64,000 bases of DNA from Octopus sinensis (Eukaryota), in the NCBI RefSeq assembly GCF_006345805.1, contig NC_043002.1:109988001-110052000 (forward strand), written 5' to 3'. Positions 1-11,337 of the stretch are shown here, in pieces. The position numbers and the translations under genes were made by a program. Position 1 is the stretch's first letter. Each line of letters opens with the position of its first letter. The notes under the pieces were generated by a model. That model worked only from the letters and a program-made list of their open reading frames with translations. It did no database searches and was not told the origin of the DNA.

Positions 1-3000
1 GAAAGGTAAAGGAATAGAGGCGAATATGTGGGAGGAGAAAGGTAAAGGTATAGAGGCGAATATGTGGGAGGAGAAAGGTAAAGGTATAGAGGCGAATATG
101 TGGGAGGAGAAAGGTAAAGGTATAGAAGCGAATATGTGGGAGGAGAAAGGTAAAGGTATAGAGGCGAATATGTGGGAAAAGAAAGGTAAAGGTATAGAGG
201 CGAATATGTGGGAGGAGAAAGGTAAAGGTATAGAGGCGAATATGTGGGAGGAGAAAGGTAAAGGTATAGAGGCGAATATGTGGGAGGAGAAAAGTAAAGG
301 TATAGAGGCGAATATGTGGGAGGAGAAAGGTAAAGGTATAGAGGCGAAAATGTGGGAGGAGAAAGTAAAGGTATAGAGGCGAATATGTGGGAGGAGAAAA
401 GTAAAAGTATAGAGGCGAATATGTGGGAGGAGAAAGGTAAAGGTATAGAGGCGAATATGTGGGAGGAGAAAGGTAAAGCCATAGAGGCGAATATGTGGGA
501 GGAGAAAGGTAAAGGTATAGAGGCGAATATGTGGGAGGAGAAAGGTAAAGGTATAGAGGCGAATATGTGGGAGGAGAAAGGTAAAGGTATAGAGGCGAAT
601 ATGTGGGAGGAGAAAGGTAAAGGTATAGAAGCGAATATGTGGGAGGAGAAAGGTAAAGGTATAGAGGCGAATATGTGGGAAAAGAAAGGTAAAGGTATAG
701 AGGCGAATATGTGGGAGGAGAAAGGTAAGGTATAGAGGCGAATATGTGGGAGGAGAAAGGTAAAGGTATAGAGGCGAATATGTGGGAGGAGAAAGTAAAG
801 GTATAGAGGCGAATATGTGGGAGGAGAAAGGTAAAGGTATAGAGGCGAAATGTGGGAGGAGAAAGGTAAAGGTATAGAGGCGAAAATGTGGGAGGAGAAA
901 AGTAAAAGTATAGAGGCGAATATGTGGGAGGAGAAAAGTAAAAGTATAGAGGCGAATATGTGGGAGGAGAAAGGTAAAGGTATAGAGGCGAATATGTGGG
1001 AGGAGAAAGGTAAAGGCATAGAGGCGAATATGTGGGATGAGAAAGGTAAAGGTATAGAGGCGAATATGTGGGAGGAGAAAGGTAAAGGTATAGAGGCGAA
1101 TATGTGGGAGGAGAAAGGTAAAGGTATAGAGGCGAATATGTGGGAGGAGAAAGGTAAAGGTATAGAGGCGAATATGTGGGAAGAGAAAGGTAAAGGTATA
1201 GAGGCGAATATGTGGGAGGAGAAAGGTAAAAGTATAGAGGCGAATATGTGGGAGGAGAAAGGTAAAGGCATAGAGGCGAATATGTGGGAGGAGAAAGGTA
1301 AAGGCATAGAGGCGAATATGTGGGAGGAGAAAGGTAAAGCATAGAGGCGAATATGTGGGAGGAGAAAGGTAAAGGCATAGAGGCGAATATGTGGGAGGAG
1401 AAAGGTAAAGGCATAGAGGCGAATATGTGGGAGGAGAAAGGTAAAGGCATAGAGGCGAAAATGTGGGAGGAGAAAGTTAAAGGTATAGAGGCGAATATGT
1501 GGGAGGAGAAAGGTAAAGGTATAGAGGCGAATATGTGGGAGGAGAAAGGTAAAGGTATAGAGGCGAATATGTGGGAGGAGAAAGGTAAAGGTATAGAGGC
1601 GAATATGTGGGAGGAGAAAGGTAAAGGTATAGAGGCGAATATGTGGGAGGAGAAAGGTAAAGGTATAAAGGCGAATATGTGGGAGGAGAAAGGTAAAGGT
1701 ATAGAGGCGAATATGTGGGAAGAGAAAGGTAAAGGTATAGAGGCGAATATGTGGGAGGAGAAAGGTAAAAGTTTAGAGGCGAATATGTGGGAGGAGAAAG
1801 GTAAATGTATAGAGGCGAATATGTGGGAGGAGAAAGGTAAAGGTATAGAGGCGAATATGTGGGAGGAGAAAGGTAAAGGTATAGAGGCGAATATGTGGGA
1901 GGAGAAAGGTAAAGGTATAGAGGCGAATATGTGGGAGGAGAAAGGTAAAGGTATAAAGGCGAATATGTGGGAGGAGAAAGGTAAAGGTATAGAGGCGAAT
2001 ATGTGGGAGGAGAAAGGTAAAGGCATAGAGGCAAATGTGGGAGGATAAAGGTAAAGGCATAGAGGCGAATATGTGGGAGGAGAAAAGTAAAGGTACAGAG
2101 GCGAATATGTGGGAGGAGAAAGGTAAAGGCATAGAGGCGAATATGTGGGAGGAGAAAGGTAAAGGTATAGAGGCGAATATGTGGGAGGAGAAATGTAAAG
2201 GTATAGAGGCGAATATGTGGGAGGAGAAAGGTAAAGGCATAGAGGCGAATATGTGGGAGGAGAAAGGTAAAGGTATAGAGGCGAATATGTGGGAGGAGAA
2301 AGGTAAAGGTATAGAGGCGAATATGTGGGAGGAGAAAGGTAAAGGTATAGAGGCGAATATGTGGGAGGAGAAAGGTAAAGGTATAGAGGCGAATATGTGG
2401 GAGGAGAAAGGTAAAGGTATAGAGGCAAATATGTGGGAGGAGAAAGGTGAAGGTATAGAGGCGAATATGAGGGAGGAGAAAGGTAACAGTATAGAGGCGA
2501 ATATGTGGGAGGAGAAAGGTAGAGGTATAGAGGCGAATATGTGGGAGGAGAAAGGTAAAGGTATAGAGGCGAATATGTGGGAGGAGAAACGTAAAGGTAT
2601 AGAGGCGAATATGTGGGAGGAGAAAGGTAAAGGTATAGAGGCGAATATGTGGGAGGAGAAAGGTAAAGGCATAGAGGCGAATATGTGGGACGAGAAAGGT
2701 AAAAGTTTAGAGGCGAATATGTGGGAGGAGAAAGGTAAAAGCATAGAGGCGAATATGTGGGAGGAGAAAGGTAAAGGCATAGAGGCGAATATGTGGGAGG
2801 AGAAAGTTAAAGACATAGAGGCGAATATGTGGGAGGAGAAAGGTAAAGACATAGAGGCGAATATGTGGGAGGAGAAAGGTAAACGTATAGAGGCGAATAT
2901 GTGGGAGGAGAAAGGTAAAGGTATAGAGGCGAATATGTGGGAGAAGAAAGGTAAAGGTATAGAGGCGAATATGTGGGAGGAGAAAGGTAAAGGTATAGAG

Positions 3001-4220
3001 GCGAATATGTGGGAGGAGAAAGGTAAAGGCATAGAGGCAAATATGTGGGAGGATAAAGGTAAAGGCATAGAGGCGAATATGTGGGAGGAGAAAAGTAAAG
3101 GTACAGAGGCGAATATGTGGGAGGAGAAAGGTAAAGGCATAGAGGCGAATATGTGGGAGGAGAAAGGTAAAGGTATAGAGGCGAATATGTGGGAGGAGAA
3201 ATGTAAAGGTATAGAGGCGAATATGTGGGAGGAGAAAGGTAAAGGCATAGAGGCGAATATGTGGGAGGAGAAAGGTAAAGGTATAGAGGCGAATATGTGG
3301 GAGGAGAAAGGTAAAGGTATAGAGGCGAATATGTGGGAGGAGAAAGGTAAAGGTATAGAGGCGAATATGTGGGAGGATAAAGGTAAAGGTATAGAGGCGA
3401 ATATGTGGGAGGAGAAAGGTAAAGGTATAGAGGCAAATATGTGGGAGGAGAAAGGTGAAGGTATAGAGGCGAATATGAGGGAGGAGAAAGGTAAAAGTAT
3501 AGAGGCGAATATGTGGGAGGAGAAAGGTAAAGGTATAGAGGCGAATATGTGGGAGGAGAAAGGTAAAGGTATAGAGGCGAATATGTGGGAGGAGAAACGT
3601 AAAGGTATAGAGGCGAATATGTGGGAGGAGAAAGGTAAAGGTATAGAGGCGAATATGTGGGAGGAGAAAGGTAAAGGCATAGAGGCGAATATGTGGGACG
3701 AGAAAGGTAAAAGTTTAGAGGCGAATATGTGGGAGGAGAAAGGTAAAAGCATAGAGGCGAATATGTGGGAGGAGAAAGGTAAAGGCATAGAGGCGAATAT
3801 GTGGGAGGAGAAAGTTAAAGACATAGAGGCGAATATGTGGGAGGAGAAAGGTAAAGACATAGAGGCGAATATGTGGGAGGAGAAAGGTAACGTATAGAGG
3901 CGAATATGTGGGAGGAGAAAGGTAAAAGGTATAGAGGCGAATATGTGGGAGAAGAAAGGTAAAGGTATAGAGGCGAATATGTGGGAGGAGAAAGGTAAAG
4001 GTATAGAGGCGAATATGTGGGAGGAGAATGTTAAAGGCATAGAAGCGAATATGTGGGAGGAGAAAGGTAAAGGTATAGAGGCAAATATGTGGGAGGAGAA
4101 AGGTGAAGGTATAGAGTCGAATATGAGGGAGGAGAAAGGTAATAGTATAGAGGCGAATATGTGGGAGGATGGTGGGAAAGGCATAGAGTCGAATATGATG
4201 GAGGAGAAAGGTAAAAGTAT
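1..4220 (+). repeat. 36-bp minisatellite, about 115 units, consensus ATGTGGGAGGAGAAAGGTAAAGGTATAGAGGCGAAT (encodes MWEEKGKGIEAN); starts before the window
   Basis: Unit is directly visible. The plus-strand frame has no stop in the unit. Scattered 1-nt indels (near 361, 727, 791, 849, 1339, 2034, 3890, 3925) shift the frame and explain the broken ORF track. Confidence 0.98.
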
Positions 4221-4921
4221 AAAGGCGTCGCACGTGCCCGTTACAAAGGCAGACGACAAAATGTCTAACGAGGCTAAACAAGAGGAAAAATCAAAAATTA
4301 ATTTTGCGAGTGCAGCAACTCGTCCCTGTGAAAACATCGTTATAAACAAGGAAGATTTAAGGAAATTTCAAGGACTAATCAAAAAAGAAGGTGAAAATGT
4401 AAAGTTGTTCCCTCCCAGTGAATTAATTTACGCGACGGAGAGAAAAACTGTGATACATAAAACATCATGTAAAAAATTAAAAAATTGACTTCGTGCCGAG
4501 GGAAGCGATAGAAAAATGCTTGAGGCCGATTTGGCAACAAACAAGCTATATAACGAGGGGTAGTCGCTTCGGCACTGTAGAGGCGCGTTTCCCTAGCGAA
4601 GAAAAAGCTAGGGAACATTCAACAATGACATTGAAGTCGGAGCAAGTAGTTCTCCTGCCGACTTACTTAGGAAAGAGAACTTCAAAAGTCACGGTCACTA
4701 ATATACCACCTGAAATAGATGTGCCCTGGGTGATAGCCGCTATTCTCATAGGCAAAGAAGAAGAAATTTCAATTCTTCAATCTAAGAGATACCATCACAT
4801 GAACTGGGTTGGACAAGATTTAGAGCTTGTCATCCAAGCAAATCCCTCAGACTTAGAAAAAAATGCCCAGTTCCCTTACAATGCCAAACGACCATTCAAG
4901 AAGGATAAAAAGAGCAGATAG
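4221..4921 (+). mobile_element. Tx1/L1-like non-LTR retrotransposon ORF1 (gag-like) fragment, frameshifted in the A-run at about 4475-4487
   Basis: In frame with the minisatellite: ...KINFASAA...YATERKTVIHKTSCKK. After a 1-nt shift at the A-run: KIDFVPREAIEKCLRPIW...LLPTYLGKRTSKVTVTNIPPEIDVPWVIAAIL. This resembles RRM-type LINE ORF1 (V.V.NIPPE). A Tx1-type endonuclease fragment follows about 1.2 kb downstream. Confidence 0.6.
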
Positions 4922-5071
4922 AGAGGAATAAAAACAAAAGGAAAGTAAGGATTGAATGAAAAATGAAAAGGGGAAATAAGGCTGAAGTGAATGCTAGGCT
5001 GGAGTTGAAAAAAAGGCACTTACCCAGGCAGTGGTCAAGCAGATAATGGTATGGGATATTGAATGGATATC

Positions 5072-5303
5072 AAGGCGGCGAGCTGGCAGAAACGTTAGCA
5101 CGCCGAGCGAAATGCTTAGCGGTATTTCGTCTGCGTTACGTTGTGAGTTCAAATTCCGCCGAGGTCGACTTTGCCTTTCATCCTTTCGGGGTCGATAAAT
5201 TAAGTACCAGTTACGCACTGGGGTCAATGTAATCGACTTAATACTTATGTCTGTTCTTGTTTGCCCCCTCTGTGTTTAGCCCCTTGTGGGTAATAAAGAA
5301 ATA
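5072..5303 (+). mobile_element. SINE family C (starts GGCGGCGAGCTGGCAGAA; core GCCTTTCATCCTTTCGGGGTCGATAAATTAAGTACCAG), full length
   Basis: Multiple copies in the window; perfect 19-bp TSD GGTATGGGATATTGAATGG at 5048-5066 and 5304-5322. Confidence 0.9.
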
Positions 5304-6109
5304 GGTATGGGATATTGAATGGTCGTTTTGCACCAAAAAGGTGGACCGGGAAGAAGACCCATTGACCTGGGAGTGCAGGTAGAGAGAAAGAGGAAGTGTA
5401 GAGAAAGAAGGCAATAAAGATAGGAGGTGGTTAACAGTAATAGAGACAGGAAGAAATGAAAGGTAGTAAAGAGAGAAAAGAAGCTGTGTAGAGAGAAAGA
5501 ACGATAGAAATAGATAGGGAATGTTTTACAAAGAAGAGGATAGGAAAGGTAAGAAAACGGAGACAATGTCCACCAAATGTTGAAAGCTGTGTGGGATACC
5601 ACTGAGTAAGAATAGAAGCGGATGTGTGGCTTTACAAATCTCATTTCGTAATTTCGATTTGCAATTATTTATAGTTAAATGTTTCCTTTCAAAGTTTTTA
5701 CTTTCAAACAATTTTTTCATGCACATTTTGGACCTAACAACCTATATGAGAAAATCGTTTTGACGGAAATAATTTTGAAAGGGTTTTATTTTTAGACTGG
5801 AGTCAAACGGTCGAATCCATTCAACCATGTTTTAAGTCTTTAGCAACACCAATTACAAAGAACTTGGGAGTGGTACTGAAAGATGGAGAGACGTATTTGA
5901 CAGAGAGTTACACATTTCAACTGGGTGGGAGCTGTCTTCAATAATTCAAGTAATGCTATATATTCAAAATTAACCATACATGCTGGTTTTGATGTTATTG
6001 TTGCTGCTACTGTTGTTATTGTCACTTATTTTTTTTTGTATTTTGATACAAACTCCCTAGGGAATTTTATGCCAGCTTCATCACTTTTATTTATTATTAT
6101 TTTTTTTCT

Positions 6110-6530
6110 TTGTTTTGAAACGATTCAGACTGGACCACCCAGATGTTCCAGCGTGGACTTGGGCAAGAAACGACGGGTCGTTCAGATCTTACATAGATAG
6201 AATCATTACTAAAAGAAAAGATAAGAAAATACTTAGCTGTCCACAACACCATATCGTCAGCTACAGCGATCACAAATTTGTGACCTGTACGCTCGACATA
6301 GATAGCATGTGTAGACGAGGTACGGGTTACTGGAAGCTAAACAAGTCACTATTGGACTGTGAAGCCTACAGGAAGCGGATTAGACAATTAGTAATAAGGG
6401 CATTAACCGGATCCATTATCAACAACAAATGGTGGTACGCCCTGAAAAGAGCATTCAAATTTGAGTCAGTTAGGTTTAACAAAGAATTAGCTATTGCTAG
6501 AAACAAAGTAGACAAGGAACTAGGAACTGC
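6110..6530 (+). mobile_element. Tx1/L1-like ORF2 fragment (C-terminal part of the APE endonuclease plus linker)
   Basis: ORF 6115-6552 carries TW...SYIDRI...SDHK...GTGYWKLNKSLL, diagnostic of L1/Tx1 APE; homologous to 28790-29100. Confidence 0.85.
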
Positions 6531-6739
6531 CTTAAGCATTTTATACCGATAAATTTTAGACACTTTTTCTGTAAGATTATGTAGGGGTGCAAATTTTGAT
6601 CTTGCACCCTCTGTTCCGGCCCCTTGCTCAGAAGAGCAGAGACTGTTATAGTAATAGCAAATGAGACAGATAGAAGAAACATGTTTGCAAGTTTGGTGAG
6701 TAAGTTTTTGCCAATTAGTCACTTTTTTGTTTCTAATAG

Positions 6740-6930
6740 AATCTAGATTTTTGCATTTGTAGATCATGATCATTCCATATACGGGAATTGTTTTCTAACA
6801 TGAGTGTTGCTTGTGTTTTGTGCCTCACTTGCTCACAGAAGATCAAAAGCAGTCGTGACTGAATGTATGTCATGAACTGAAAGAACAATTGGAAGTTGAT
6901 CAAAAGACCTTTTTTCAAAGGTCAAAACTG
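6740..6930 (+). mobile_element. Degenerate mariner transposase fragment
   Basis: Manual translation CFVPHLLTEDQKQS*LNVCHELKEQLEVD..LFSKV.TG matches the mariner (W/F)VPH.LT...K..R...C...L motif preceding ITGDE. Confidence 0.6.
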
Positions 6931-7372
6931 GTCGGCCAATGGTGAGAGTTCTGAAAAAAATTCATGTTTCAGAAGTAGTTTTTGTAATGTTTTATACATG
7001 TGAGGTTGCCATGGAAATTGTGAGATCTAGCATTTATAGTAACTTTGAGGACTATAATTGTACACTTTTCATGTAAAAGGAGGCTTGATGTGTAAGATTG
7101 TTTACTTGAATGCATAGTGGTTGTAGCTTTGTGCTGTTGAAAGAGACTAGGATTTTGTGTTTGCATTAAAAAGTGTTTTCATTGACTCTGTCCATGGAGA
7201 TAATGCAAATCTGGTTTTTATGTTTCAGGCTCTTCTGATCCACGAATATGTTTTTGTTAGAAAGGACAGTAAGTAGATTGAAGACAGTGGAAAACTGAAA
7301 CAGCCTTACATTTCACAGAGTTCATATGAAAACTTTGTCAACACATCTTGCAAGGGAGGAATATGAAAGGAA

Positions 7373-7588
7373 TTTATCGACCCCGAAAGGATGAAAGGCA
7401 AAGTCGACCTCGGCGGAAGTTCTGAGTTCCGGAAGTTCCGCCGAGGTCGACTTTGCCTTTCATCCTTTCGGGGTCAATAAATTAAGCACCAGTTACGCAC
7501 TGGGGTCGATATAATCGACTTAATCCGTCTGTCAGTCCTTGTTTGTCTCCTCTGTGTTTAGCTCCTTGTGGGTAGTAAAGAAATAGGT
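7373..7588 (+). mobile_element. SINE family C copy, 5'-truncated, with an inverted 5' segment
   Basis: 12-bp TSD ATATGAAAGGAA at 7361-7372 and 7589-7600; 7371-7418 is the reverse complement of 7436-7483. Confidence 0.85.
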
Positions 7589-7907
7589 ATATGAAAGGAA
7601 ACATTTAATTCCTCAAAGAAGAGATGGACTGAGCTTATAGATGGGCAGCTTAACTAGAGATTCTCACACCAATCTTTTGCTTATGTATTCAAAAATAAGA
7701 GACCAATGGGATATGATATAAGAGTTATGTGCCAACAGAACAAGCTCTACAGGAAACATACTGGAGAAAGACCGAAGATCATGGAGGAAGTTGCTGTTTG
7801 TGACTATATCCATGATGCTTGAAATGTTGAAAATGAAGGAAATAGATTAGTAGTTGATAAGCTTATAAAGGCCTTGCTTTCTTGGGAATAGGATACTTTG
7901 CAATGTG

Positions 7908-8207
7908 ATCACGTGACCGACCAGACCATCAGATGTTGTTACACATCGCTGGTCACAATGCGTTTGCATTGTTTTAGCCTTTGAATGACGCCACCCCGCT
8001 GGCTAAGCGAGCAGGCCAACAGAAGAAAGAGTGGGGGAAAGAGTGGTGAAAGAGTACAGCAGGGATCACCACCACCCCCTGCCAGAGCCTCGTGGAGCTT
8101 TTAGGTGTTTTCGCTCAATAAACACTCACAATGCCCAGTCTGGGAATCGAAACCGCGATCCTGCGACCGTTAGTCCGCTACCCTAACCACTAGGCCATTG
8201 TGCCTCC
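7908..8207 (-). mobile_element. tRNA-derived SINE family B (GGAGGCGCAATGGCC head, short tail ending CTGGTCGGTCACGTGATC)
   Basis: Pol III A box (TGGCCTAGTGG) and B box (GTTTCGATTCC); 13-bp TSD ACTTTGCAATGTG at 7895-7907 and 8208-8220; second copy at 48130. Confidence 0.9.
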
Positions 8208-9179
8208 ACTTTGCAATGTGTTTCAGTGAATTAGGATACATCTCTAAAGTGTGTATGTGTGGGTGTTTGTGTGTATGTATGTGTGTGTGTGTGTGTATGA
8301 GTATGTGCATATGTGCGTGCATGTGTGTGTATGGTATATTGTTGGAAGCAAAGCAGGCAGAAAATATGGTGGTTTTATCAGTGAGAATGCTATTTTATAA
8401 CAGTTATTATAATATATACTGTGCAGGTCAATAACCATTTCACACTTCAGTTTCTTTTAGTACTCAGCAAATTTCTTTCCAGATTATTTCCTCTTAATAG
8501 ACATTTATGAAGCTCTCTAAATTACTTTTTAATCTTTGATGGGATACTATTGAAAACTACTTTATATTCTAGCTTTCAAATATTTTATTTTTCCAATTTT
8601 TAATTTAGCTTACAATGATGTCTAACATTTCCATGCAATTGAATGTTTACTGATTTGAAACACTTGGTGTTGTAATATGTGCTTGTATATTGTCTGTGTA
8701 TATGAATTTACAAGCATGTGGGTAATTTCTTTTTAAGTATATACTGGGCAAGAGGCAGTGTTAATATTTTCAGGTTCTCACAAGCAAGGAGATTGAGTCA
8801 AATGGATGCTACAAATATTTCTGATGTTCAGCTGAACCTTTAGAATATCAGTGAATGACGAAAAAACAGGAAAGAAATGTCAAAGTATGTTTGTGCATGT
8901 ATCAGTAGCTGTGTGTTTGTGCAAGAACAGTTGTGTGTTTGGGTGTATAGAGATGGGGCGAGTCTCTAATTACCTTTATCATTGACTAATTCCAAAATCT
9001 TAGTGTTTCTGTATAACTGTCAACCTTTTGCTTTTAAGTCATTTGTTATATATATGCAGACTCTCACTTCTCATTTACTAATAGAGGTCTCTAACACTTC
9101 TTCAGCAACCACCTCCACCACTAAATATATCACCAACTTGCTATTGAAGAAATTTCATCATGGTTTCTCACAATAACAG

Positions 9180-9360
9180 ACACGGTCAAGATATTTGGAG
9201 ATGAGTTTGTAGGGCAATTACAGGAAGAGATGATGGGATGGCCAAAGTTGTTAAGTTTGTGGATCTGGGGGAGGAAGTAAATACTGGGGGTGTGAGGGGT
9301 GCGGACTATGAGGTTAGAGGCGGTGGGAAGGAGACAGGAGGAGGAGATGAAGTCATGGAT
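9180..9360 (-). mobile_element. Penelope-like element RT fragment
   Basis: ORF 9130-9420(-) contains NLIVRTPHTPSIYFLPQIHKLNNFGHPIISSCNCPT, matching the PLE motif P.FY.LPKIHK...PGRPIVS..CPT. Confidence 0.7.
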
Positions 9361-9497
9361 AGCTATTCTCCTCATATTTTTATACAATTGCAGAACATGC
9401 ACAACAGATAATGTTCCCATTTTATAATGGATTCATCATTCAGTAATCAGGAATATCTTATGCTTTCCGAATTTTTTCTTTCTCGCATTTTTACTTG

Positions 9498-9690
9498 TGG
9501 GCAGTAAAGAAATAAGAAATGCTTAGTGGTATTTCGTCTGTCTTTACATTCTGAGTTCAAACTCCATCGAGATCGACTTTCCTTTCATCCTTTTGGGGTC
9601 AATAAATTAGGTACCAGTTACATACTGGAGTTGATCTAATCGACTGGCCCCACCCTCAAAATTTCGGGCCTTGTACCTAAAGTAGAAAAG
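9498..9690 (+). mobile_element. Diverged SINE family C-related fragment
   Basis: Contains GGTATTTCGTCTG...CTTTCATCCTTTTGGGGTCAATAAATTAGGTACCAG. Confidence 0.7.
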
Positions 9691-9821
9691 AAATGAATTT
9701 ACTTGTCTCTAGGCTAAACCAATAATAACCATTCCCAGTTCTGTACTTTACTCTTTTACTCTTTTATTTGTTTCAGTCATGTGACTGTGGCCATGTTAAT
9801 TGATAGAAATCTATTACTTAC

Positions 9822-9887
9822 CAATGCAGTGTGTGAAATTAACTTTTATGTATCCAGATTTACACATACACATAAAACTACCAATAA
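9822..9887 (-). pseudogene. Truncated duplicate of the EGF_CA exon at 12813-12932 (3' half only)
   Basis: Matches 12813-12878 ([21 protein letters not shown]) and keeps the GTAAGT donor; the 5' half and acceptor are missing. Confidence 0.8.
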
Positions 9888-10693
9888 CAGCAATCAATTG
9901 TTTTTTTTTTTTAAGTCATCTTAAAAAAGAAAGGACACATAAGAAATGTAGTGTAATACATACAAAGAGATGAGTTGGTTACAGTTAGGACAACTTCGAT
10001 TACAGACCTACATGATTAGGGCCGCCCTGTGGCTAAAACCAACAGCAAGGACCTATCAAGTTGTGTATACTTGAATATTCAATAGATTATACTTTGTCTG
10101 CTATTTTTAGCATGTCGAGCGACCAGGTAGAGGCTGTTTTATTGGTTTGATTGCGTGTCAATGGACTCAGAAGTTGTTGTTCGGAAACAGCAGCAGTATT
10201 TTTCTTCAGGTGAATACACGTCATTGATTGGTTAAAATTACCCAAATATGACAACTTTAACATGAAATAACTGCTAAAATACAAAATTTTGTCAAAAACG
10301 TTAAGAGTAAGCCCTGTTCTATGTGACACATTCTACCAGTACATCTGAAACATTAAAAGTTCTGTCAATCCTCCAAAAATTCTACTGCACTGAGTACCTA
10401 ATAATATGTTCCTACTAATTCTTTCATCTATATCCAGCAAGTTTACTCCTTCCTCTTCTTTCTGGCTGACATTCTAATGACTTTAGCTGCTTTGGCTCTA
10501 ATGTGTGCGGCTGAAAATAGAATATCGCAGCTACAGTCGTTAAATGTGTATAAACAGCTTCGATTAGAATCTATTCAATAAAACAGCTCATCAAAAATTA
10601 TTTCAGAAACTAATTATTTCAATTTAGCTTTAAGATTATTTCATTTGAATGATTGATTTGATTATTATCCTGTAATTTCTGCACGATACCTAC

Positions 10694-10813
10694 CTGTGCA
10701 CTTTGTTGTAGTAACAAGTTGGTAACCAGAATTACAAGAACATTTGTAACTTCCTTTGAAATCGATGCAATTCTGCTGGCAGCCAACATTTTTTTCAGAA
10801 TATTCATTCTTGT
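10694..10813 (-). CDS. EGF_CA exon with Cys1->Tyr (DKNEYSEKNVGCQQNCIDFKGSYKCSCNSGYQLVTTTKCT)
   Basis: Acceptor tatttcAG, donor GTAGGT, 120 nt, phase 1-1; five of six EGF cysteines; TGT->TAT at the first. Possibly pseudo-exonic. Confidence 0.8.
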
Positions 10814-11287
10814 CTGAAATAGACAGATTAATAATTTATAAACAAAATCTTGCTATTTTTTCAGTATATTTTATTTTTACTAATTATATGTATATTTGCT
10901 AATTATACGTTTGGTAGTCAAACCTTTGATCATGCAATCACATACAGGCTTCATCGTTGGTCTGTCTCAGTAATAATTTTGTTGTTAATTAGCCTCAAAT
11001 CAACCCTGATACAGCAAACCTATCATAAATGACATTCCAGCCTTCAGCAAACCATCTTTTAGGGATAATCTTGGACATTACATACAATGGGCATGTGATT
11101 TAGGTAGGGGGATACTTTGTCTGCTATTTTTAGCATGTCGAGCAACCAGGTAGAGGCTCTTTTATTGGTTTGATTGTGTGTCAATGGACTCAGAAGTTGT
11201 TGTTCGGAAACAGCAGCAGTATTTTTCTTCAGCTGAATACACGTCATTGATTGGTTAAAATTACCCAAATATGACAACTTTAACATG

Positions 11288-11290
<3 letters not shown>

Positions 11291-11337
<47 letters not shown>

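Noticed and set aside
1-4220. CRISPR-like 36-bp repeat array
   Set aside because: Units are contiguous with no spacers, there are no cas genes, and the context is eukaryotic.
1477-4349. Long minus-strand ORFs (858 aa etc.)
   Set aside because: Antisense readings of the 36-bp repeat, which lacks stops in those frames; there is no independent coding evidence.
7229-8884. Plus-strand exon-like segments (about 7229-7268 and 8774-8884)
   Set aside because: Splice-like signals are present, but the second has stops in all frames and neither has recognisable homology; such signals are common by chance in AT-rich DNA.
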